A stretch of 64,000 bases of DNA, from contig JBHGNT010000004.1 in assembly GCA_043228905.1 (NCBI GenBank), forward strand, positions 22,692,001 to 22,756,000. Reading direction: 5' to 3'. The DNA is from Azolla caroliniana. Its lineage: Eukaryota; Plantae; Polypodiophyta. Of the stretch, positions 37,498-46,964 are shown piece after piece; within the stretch, counting starts at the first letter, position 1; every line of letters begins with the position of its first letter. A model generated the notes under the pieces. That model made no database searches and had not been told where the DNA came from. It saw nothing but the letters and a program-made list of their open reading frames with translations. Made by a program: the position numbers and the translations under genes.

Positions 37498-40400
37498 ACG
37501 GGCAGGTATCGGCATCTGTTCGCCGGCCTGTTCGGTTGTAACCGACTTCGTGTTTTGTTGTCTTCGTGTTCTTGTTGTTTGTGTTTGTTAATACATACAT
37601 ACGTTTGTGTCTCCCTGTGGCGCTGTCCTACTCGAGTCTTTGTGTCGAAGGGCCATGTCCCTGTGAATCTACTCTCGCACGTAGCGGGCATCTTCTCCTT
37701 TCTCTCTTGCTCTTTGGTACAGGACCCCCGAGGTCCCGCCTCATTCCACGCATCCGCGAGGAATACCTCGACATCTTGGTGAACCCAACGTGAAAGAGGC
37801 GGCAGAAGAGCAGAAGATGAAAGGGTCGGATCTTGCAGAGGCCATGGCTTCGGCCGTGGATCGGATACTGAGCGCACGCGAGGGCTCCGGCGCCCTCGAC
37901 AGAGCCATTGAGGCGGTCGTCGGTACGATCGGCCGGTTTAGCGGAAAGGATGCCACGAAGTATTTGGCGTCCTACGGGGCAGAAATGCTGATGCGGGACA
38001 TTCCGGAAGAGAGGCGTCTTGCCGGGTTTCCTTGAGTGGCGATGCCGAGCATCCATGCGGAGGTGCTCAAGATGCGGGCGGAGAGCCGTACCTGGGAGGA
38101 GTTCGAAGGCCGACTCCTGGAAAAATACGGGCTGGACGACGCGCTCCGGCTTTCGAAACGAGACTTCATGGAATGGGTGGAGTCCCCCGGCAAGGGAAGA
38201 AACGCGTCGGCACTCCTCCGGAGGTTCGAAGAACGCTTTGCGCGCCTTTCGGCGCTTGACCGAACCATTCTAGATACGAGCCGGGTCCTACTGTTCGTCA
38301 AGACGGTAGACAAGCGGGACCAGGATCAAGTCGGCTCCTTGCTGGAAACCGAAGACGGGCTGACATCCGACTGGGCAGCGGTTAAGAGAGTCTGTGGCCG
38401 TTTCGACAAACGGCGAGAATGGGTTGATAACGGGGCGGCCGGTGCGGGGTCTGTCACAGCAAGGAGGCTTGAACCGGGGTCTGTCACAGCAAGGAAGAAA
38501 CCCGGGAATGGCTCGAAACTGGCCTGGCTTCGACCGGCATGGTCAGTGGCTCGTCCGGAGGAGCAGCGCTGGAGGAGTTGACGTGGGCGATAAAGGACCT
38601 CCAGATCGCCCAGACTTGAAGGGAAGGCGGTGAACCGGCTCGTGACCAACGGCCGGCAGCAGCGAATAGGTGCATGTGGTGCGACGAGGTCGGCCACATC
38701 CGGAAGGACTGCGGCGATTTCGCAGAAGCGCTGAGGAACCGGGTGGTGTACCTGTGGGAAGGCCGGGTGCACGCCGGCAACACCAGGAGGGCCCTGAACC
38801 GACACGACGGGCGAGGAGGAATGAAGAGACTGATGGAAGAGACATCGGCCCAACACGTGGAGGCCATCCACTACTCGGCGTCGGCCGACATTCGGGTCGG
38901 GGGCAGCGAGGCCCGAAAGGAGGGCAAAGATGGATTCTGGTCGGCAATGCTGGAAGGTCTTGCCGGCGCACGGCTAAGGAAAGATGAAACGGACCACGCT
39001 GAGAGACGGGTCCGGGAAATAACCGGATCCGGTCGAGGAAAAGACGGGCTTTGTAGAAGCCGCCTGCCGAAACTACGAGGCTCTGGTTGAAGACAAACGG
39101 GTGGGGAAAGCCGGAGCGGCCGGGCCCTCGCAACGATACGAGACCCGATTCGGGCAACAACGGAACGAAGCCGGTGGGCCCAACGCGCAAGATAACCCCA
39201 GGAAGGGCGGATACCGACTGGGGACGGAAATAGAAAGGACTACGGACCTACGAAAGGTCCTCGACAGCAAAGTGGAGCTGTCATTGCGAGAGGTGTTAGG
39301 GATCGCCAAGAAGGAGTTCCACGACTCCATTGTAGACTTGGTGAAACGGAAGAGGCTGTCGACGGAGACGAATCCGGACAGACCTGTAGAGGTGCGGACG
39401 ACGCACATCGACGACTCGGCGCTGGCAGATGAGTGGGCGGAGAGCCACTATTCGAGGCCACACTGGGCCCGAGCGACCACGGAGACCCCGGTAAAGATCG
39501 GAGATGTTCGGGAACCGGTGGTGGCGTTGGTGGACCACAGTTCGGAAATAAACCTGATGTCCATGGACTTCTATAAGAAGGGGAAGTGGCCGATCAACAC
39601 CAAGCACGGGTGGAAGATACGGGCGGCGACGCGCGCCACCGAGGAACTGCATGGGGCCTGCCCGAACGTGCTAGTCAAGATCGGCGACGTCGAGATTGAC
39701 CAGCACTTCTTCGTACAGGAGACGTCCTCGCACCCGGTCATATTAGGGGAACCATACATCACAGCGGCGCGGATGGAGACCAAAGTGCTGGACAACGGTT
39801 CAGCCTACGCGAGGGTCAAAAGCCAGGACGGGCGCCATTCGGTCCAATTTCTGACGGTGCGACCAAACCACAAACGGAACCGTGAATCCCTCGGTGGCGA
39901 GAACCGGGAGGATTTTTAGAGAGGGCTGCCAAGGCGTGGGGCCGAGACAGTCCGGACACTCGGGAAAGACCCCACAGCTGTACGATAGAACCGAAACCGA
40001 AGAAACCTTGTACGATAGGCATGAAATTTTGCTTCACCCTACGTACCCTCCGACCATCCACTTCAAATGGATGGTAGACCTGGTGACGATGTCGATGGGA
40101 GTAGGACAGATGTGGTATCTAGTCCTGGCTCGGGAAGATCTGACGAACCAGGTAGAAGGCCGGGCCCTTCAGAACAAAACGACCTCGGCCGTATGTTGGT
40201 TCCTGATTGAGGACGTGATATGCCGGTACGGGTGCGTCGGGAAGATAGTGGCTGATCGCGGGGAGTTGAACGCCGAAGAGGCCGAGGAGCTGTTCGACCG
40301 GCTAGGAGTCAAGCTCTCGCTCACCACTGCATACAATCCGGAGGCGAATGGGAAGGTGGAGCGCGGACACGGACCGATCGTCAAGGCGTTAATTCGGGCA

Positions 40401-41722
40401 TGCGGAGGTCAAGTCGGGAACTTGCCGCGGTTGTTGCCTTACGCGTTGTGGGCGGACCGAACTACGCACAGTTCGGTAACCGGATTCATGCCGGCAGAGC
40501 TCATGTTTGGGCAAAAGCCGATCATGCCGATGGAACGTACGATCTCCTCGTGGGCAACCGTGGACTGGAGAGACGAGATGAGCCGGGAGGAACTATTGGC
40601 GGCACGCATACGTCAGCTCGAGCGAAGGCCGGAAGACGTGGAGCAGGCGGCGGGAAAGCTTCGGGAAGCAAGGATAAGGAACAAAGCCCGGTTCGACCGA
40701 ACGCACCGGCTCCAACTGAAGAAGATCGAGGAAGGCGACTGGGTCCTAGTCTACGACAACAGCCTCGACAACCAACACCGAGCGACACGGAAGTTCGCAA
40801 GAAAGTGGTTCGGGCCTTACGGGGTACAAAGCGCCAACGACAACGGGACGTACCATCTAGCGGAACTCGACGGTACGAGAATGGCGATACCGGTAGCGGG
40901 GAAGCGGATCAAAGCGTTCAAGAAGCGTCACGACGACGAGCCGGATCCGGTTGACCTGAACCGCGACGACGAACGATCTGAAACCGAGGAAGAACCGACG
41001 GGCGGGGAATGAAGGCTGGACCGGTTTTCTCCGTCCCAACTCAATTTGGCGCATGCCGATGGATGCGCGGTTAGGTGGGGGCGGATGTCGTGAAGAAAAC
41101 CGTCCACAAGTGGAATCGGTGCACCGGAGCGTGGGAACCGACTCTTCATGCACATGCGCCTTATGTTGTACATAGGAGATCCTAGGTAGGTTCGGTAGGT
41201 AGGAAGTAAAGGGGCAAACGGCTCCTTCCTTGCCTATAAAAGGAGGGAGACGAGGAGGGGCGAAGGGATCGCGGAGAGTCGAGGACGAAATGTTGTCGGT
41301 TTGCGTGCGAAGGCTGCTCTCTCTCTCTCTGGTTTGCAAACGCCATAGCTTCCTTTTGTGCAGGTTTCGGGAGGCTCGCGCTGCCCCGAGGAATGCCCGA
41401 GTGCTTCCGGCAGCACCTCCAACCTACTCCTTCCTCTCTGTGCGTTTACGGGCAGGTATCGGCATCTGTTCGCCGGCCTGTTCGGTTGTAACCGACTTCG
41501 TGTTTTGTTGTCTTCGTGTTCTTGTTGTTTGTCTTTGTTAATACATACATACGTTTGTGTCTCCCTGTGGCGCTGTCCTACTCACATCTTTGTGTCGAAG
41601 GGCCGTGTCCCTGTGAATCTACTCTCGCACGTAGCGGGCATCTTCTCCTTTCTCTCTTGCTCTTTGGTACAGGACCCCAAGGTCCCACCTCATTCAACGC
41701 ATCCGCGAGGAATACCTCGACA
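37498..41722 (+). mobile_element. Element B2: B-family copy with truncated 5' LTR (37498-37773), degraded gag-PR, RT/RH deleted, integrase core retained, 3' LTR 41086-41722
   Basis: High identity to the reverse complement of B1; PBS 37777-37794; PPT 41067-41085; right flank ACGG inside an A-type gag. Confidence 0.93.
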
Positions 41723-44700
41723 ACGGAAATGGAAGAGCGTCGCGTAGACGAGGCGTTGAGGCTGGAGTTCTTCTGCCGGGTCGTAGCTGTCCGGATGCAT
41801 GCGGAAGTAATGGAGCTCCGTGAGGCTCGTGGTTCATGGGAGGCCTTCAAAGAGGCGCTCCTGAAGGCATACGGAGGACGGCAAAAGAGCCGGGGACGGC
41901 ACCACTTCGACCAGTGGGTAGCATCGGCAAAGACCCACCGGGGTGCGACGAAGGCGTTCCGGGAGTTCGAGCGACGACTTGCTCGGCTCCCACTTGTGTG
42001 GGGGCGGACAAAGTCCTTTTGTTCGTCAGGTTGATCGACCGAGCGGAACGGGAAGCCATCGGGATTGAGCTCGAAGACGATGATGGAGCGAATGGGCTTA
42101 CGGAGGACTGGTCGAGTGTCGGAAGGGTGTGCCAAAGGCTAGACAACGAACGAGCCAAGAAGGCTAAGAGGAAGGTACGCGACGGCGTGCCATCACAGTG
42201 GGAAGAGGCCGAACGGCAAAGAGAGTCGGCAAGGGTCGGCTTTGGGGCCAGGATTGCGGAGGCGTACGCAGCTCTCAAAGCGATGCTCGAGGAAGAGGGA
42301 AGATCGAGGCCAGAAGCCGAGACCGAGGAGACGGACTTGCCCCACGCGACGGCGGAAGATTGGTACGACGGTACCACGGGAGAGGGTGCGGAACAAAACA
42401 CCCTCTCGACTTGCGGAGATAGAACGGCCAAGGACGAGGCCGAGATACCGATCGCGGAATCGAAACGTTGGGACCAACGGTTTCGGGCGTGTCAGCCCGA
42501 GGTCCCGGTCATTGGAGAAGCGAGCCAAGACGGGCTTTGCGCGATCGGTAAGAAAACGACCGCCGACCACGAAGAGTCGGTGGCTACGGCCAAGGGCGTA
42601 AAACGGACGGGTGATTCTTTGTGTCTTCCCACACTTGCTCCCAAGACGATGGCAGTCGGGCCCGAGTACCCACGTGAGTCCCAAGCGGAGGAAGGCGGCG
42701 GCGGAGGGGCAAGAATCACCGGCGAGACGATACGGGGAAGGAGCGGACGAAAGCCCACGGACCCGATTCCAGAGAACTCGGCATTCGGGCCCGTATTCCC
42801 ATGTAAGACCGAGGAGATGGATGGCGGTACCGAGGAGTCCTGGCACGATGCCAGCGAAGTCGGATGGGAAACGGGCTGCGAGGCGAGGCGATCGGCATTC
42901 CGATACGGGTGGAGCGTGATCCAGTCGTGGATCGTTCGATCGGGTCCGGTTTCGGAATGAAAGAGCCGATACGGAAGGGGGTGCAGGACGAGCCGCCCTC
43001 TTTTACATGGGGAGAAAGACCGACCGGGCGAAGGTCGAGATTTGGAAGGAGAATGAAAGCCGGTCCTATGGGATTCCTTACACCGATCCGGCTGCAGGCC
43101 CGAGTGCCGGCGTGAGTCCTATAAGAGAGATCGATGGCGACAGGAGAACGGGACTCGGCAATCCGGAGAAGGACGAACGGACCCGGACGAGAACCGGGCG
43201 GAGCGGACTCCCGGATGACCATTCCAGGAGGGAGGAAGAGAGCAGGCCTACGAAGAGGCCGAGGACACGGTACGTCGATACCACGGGAGAGGGTGCGGAG
43301 TAAACCGCCCTCTCGGCATGCGGAAAAGGACGACCCGGGACAGGGTCAAGAAGGCGACGAAAGCCCAAGGAGGATCCTTCACACCGGTTCTAGAGACTTC
43401 GGCAGTCGGCAACGCGGTCGACGTAAGACCAAGATACTAACGGTGGCGGCGAGGTAACGAAGGCAAGGGCTACAAATGAGCGGTCTACGGAGGATCCTTC
43501 ACACCGGTTCTAGAGACTTCGGCAGTCGGCAACGCGGTCGATGTAAGACCAAGATACTGACGGTGGCGGCGAGTTGACAAAGACAATGGGCATAAGGAAG
43601 TCCGGTCCTACGGGATCCCCACACTTAGCCAGAGACTCCGGCAGTTCGGCCAACGTGGCAACGTGAGACCGAGAGAGAAGGTTGGTGGCGGGGAGAAACG
43701 GGACCCGGCTACGCGGAAGGCACGAGGAGAGTCCGGGAGGGACTCAAACAAAAGACACCCGACTTTCGGCAAGCATAGAAACGGAGTCCGGCCCTATGGG
43801 ACCCTCACACTGATCCGGAGACTCCGGCAGTTCGGCCAACGTGGCAACGTGACACCGGGGGAGAAGGACGGTGGCGGCAGTGAACGGGACCCGACGACAC
43901 GAGGTATCGGAAGGAGCCGATAGGGGTGAACACGGGAAGGTGTGTCAGGCTGGAGAGACACACCTTGGACAGAACAAGAGTCTCACGAGTGGCCATCACG
44001 GGCCGGATCGAAGCGTGACTACGGGACGGCGCTCGGCGGGGGCGAGGCCGAACGAAGGAAGCGGAAGACGGCACAAGGGAGGTGCCGAGAACGAAGGGAC
44101 AAGTGCCTAGTGGACTGCACAGGGTCGGAGTCAGGATGGCAAGAGAGCCCGGAGGAGGATCCTCCACACTCGCTTCGTAGATCTCGGTGGCTCCGTCGAA
44201 GTAACGAAGATTGACACGGCAAGCCGGGGTGACAAGCTGGTGGGGGCGAGGGGACGACAGCAAGCGGAGGACTCAGGACCTGTTGCAGCAGCACGACAAC
44301 GGGAAGGGCCAAGCGGGCTACTGCGGGGTGTTCATCGGATGCAAAGGACACCGGTATGCGGGAGAACAGCGATGCACGATCAGGCCGGAAAGGGGCCGAC
44401 GAGGGGTGCAACACGGGCAGTGCCAAACAACAGACGAGGGTAGGTGGCACACGGAGGTGCCGGAGCGGAAAGGCGAGCGCGGAGAAGGCCAGAAAGGGAT
44501 CTTCCACACCGTTATGGAGACCATGGCGGTTCGAGCCGACGCGGCGATGTAAGACCATGGAGAAGGAAGGTGGCGGCGGAAGGACGAAGGCGACGCGAAA
44601 CACCATCGGGACATCACAATTCGACAACGGAGGCCAAGCGGGCTGCCACGGGCATTCCTCTAGCGGAGGACATCGGGCATACGGCGGGAAGTGGGGCGTT

Positions 44701-45721
44701 CATACGGCCGAACAAGGGCCAACGGAAGAACGCGTGCTACGGAGATCGCGGCAAAGGACCCATCGACGGGTCGAACGAGCCTACGGGGAGGCGAGCGCGA
44801 AGGAAGACTCGAAGCCGCCAGATCAAACCGGCAGCGAGTCGAGATGCGGATCACGGGAGACCGGTTTCTCGCCGGCCGAAATCTCTCACCCTTCAGCCAG
44901 ATTTGGCACGTGCCGGTGGACGTGCAGTTAGGTGGGGGCGGATGTCGTGAAGAATTTCGGCCATAGGCGAAAACCGGGAAACATTGTCTACATCGGCGGG
45001 GTGCAGCGTGTGTACGCACCCATGTACATTTGGTGTGAATATCGAGGGCGCCTTTATGGCGCCGAAGAGAAGTCAAGTCGGGACAGACGATCCCATGAAA
45101 GTCGGGATTTGTCCCACATTGTAACGCGTCCCTCTCCTTGTTCTATAAAAGGGAGGGAACGCCCTTTGAAAAAGGGTTGCCCATTTTTGCATTTAGAGGG
45201 TATACCGGTAGGTTTAGGGTTAGGTTTCTTCTGCTTCTTCTTCTTTCCCTTCGTGTTCGCTTAAGGTTTGCTTCAGCTCATCTCCTGCGCAAGACCCCGC
45301 TCGGCGCGACAAGCCCGTGAGCTCCCCGACGGCGACTTGACAGCAGACGACTGTTGTAAACTATCTTGGTCCGGCTCAAAGCCGGGAGTGTATTCTTCTT
45401 ATATATATATATACATATACGTTTGCGTCTGTCTGTGTATATTGGCGTCTTGTTGGTGTCGGGTGCTCCCCTCTTTCCCTGCGTTTCCTGTACAAGAGGG
45501 CGTGGGTGCGTGCGTGAGTGCGTGTGTGTGTGTGTGTGTGTGCGTGAGTTGGTGTTAAGCACGCTTTCTCTCTCTCTCGCTCTCTCTCCCTTCGGTTGCT
45601 TCCGGTGTGTTTCTGAGATGCCCCAGAAGCCGTGAAGCACGACTTCCTACGCTCTATCGCCCCCTAGTCCAAGACCCCCGTGGTCCCGCCTTTCTCCACG
45701 CATGCGCGTAACAACGCGACA
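41723..45721 (+). mobile_element. Element A2: remainder of an A-family Gag-only element (gag remnant 41723-42960, repeat-rich 3' region, 3' LTR 44943-45721)
   Basis: Homologous to the reverse complement of A1; PPT 44924-44942; right flank ACGC. Confidence 0.9.
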
Positions 45722-46964
45722 ACGCGGCGAGAGACGAAGCCATAAGGTGCCGGGATCGGCGGATGGGTGGCGAGAGCGAAGGATGGTGCGCGGAGAACAA
45801 CGGGGTACACACCGGGAAGAGAAAACGTGGCGGCTTCCCGGAGGGCATGCAAGGCCAAACGGGCCAAGAGGGCGCAAGTCGAGGTGAGGCAGTAACAAGA
45901 GCCTCGAGGGACACCGACACGGAGGTCGGGATGATGGTACGCTCTACGGCGAGAGAGCACGACAGGCAAAGGAGAGGCAAGGAACGCGGAATGGGGTCGC
46001 CTAAGGGCCAAAGAATGAGCGCATATTCGGGAGACAACAAGGGCACACGGAAAGAGCCTACGGAAGTTGAGCGCGGAACGGAGGGAATCGGCACGAGGTG
46101 TTCAAGACGAAGAGAGGATCGAGCCGGAGATAGAACACAAGCAGTACGCGAGGGGCGGAATCCATCGAGCAAACGGGGTGACCGAGGACCTAATCGAAGG
46201 ACCTATGTGGCGGACAAAGAAAGAGTGACCGGATCGGCAATGACGTTCGGGAAGACCGACCGGGGAGGAAGGCGCGTGCGGTGAATATGGCGGTTCGGAT
46301 GGAGTCGATGTTTCAGGGACACACGGTGGACGTGGTGTATCGGTTGGAGCCGTCGGCTCGAGGACGTGCGACGGATACGGTGGAACGGGATGCTACGACG
46401 GTTCGTGTGGAAGGGACAGGCGTGCTCGAAATGGAAATTGAAGCCGAGCAAGGCCAACGAGGACACGACGGACCTCGGTTTTATCACCATGGCCGAAAAA
46501 TCTCACCTCTTCTCCTTTCTTGGCACATACCGATGGATGTGCGGTTTGGTGGGGAAATTCTATCCCACATTGTAAGGTCCCTCCCTCCTTGGGCTATAAA
46601 AGGAAGGGAGGGGTCACTTATGAAGGGGTTGCCTATTTTGAGGGAGAGAGGCATACCACTTAGGTCGAGGGTTTCCTATTCGGTTTTAGGGTTTCGGTTA
46701 GGGTTTTCTTCTTGGGTTTTCCTTTAGGGTTTTTCTCATAGTCGTTTGGTGCGGCCATGGTGGCCACCATTGTAAAGCGTTTATGTTTCCTTAAGCTAAC
46801 TTGTTGAGCATCTTGCCCCGTCTATTCTATGTTATTGTCTTATTCTTTCTCATCTCCTCTTGAGCTAAGCTTCCATTTTGTGTCTTATTCCTTCTCCTCT
46901 ACTCCCTAGTCCGAGACCCCCGTGGTCCCGCCCCTTCTACACGCACGCGCGTAACAACGCGACA
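45722..46964 (+). mobile_element. Element C, 3' end: internal region, PPT and 5'-truncated 3' LTR (46551-46964)
   Basis: 46551-46964 is nearly identical to 36851-37264; the PPT gcggtttggtgggg is fused to the LTR interior through GGGG microhomology; right flank CCGG. Confidence 0.88.

Noticed and set aside
43369-43680. Repeat-spacer pattern as a CRISPR-like array
   Set aside because: Eukaryotic context; long degenerate units with irregular spacing and no cas genes. Treated as retrotransposon internal repeats.
21549-46727. Dozens of overlapping 60-240 aa Arg/Pro/Ser/Gly-rich ORFs on both strands
   Set aside because: Shadow frames of GC-rich LTR element DNA with few stop codons; no recognisable domains, and the frames are not conserved between A1/A2 or B1/B2.
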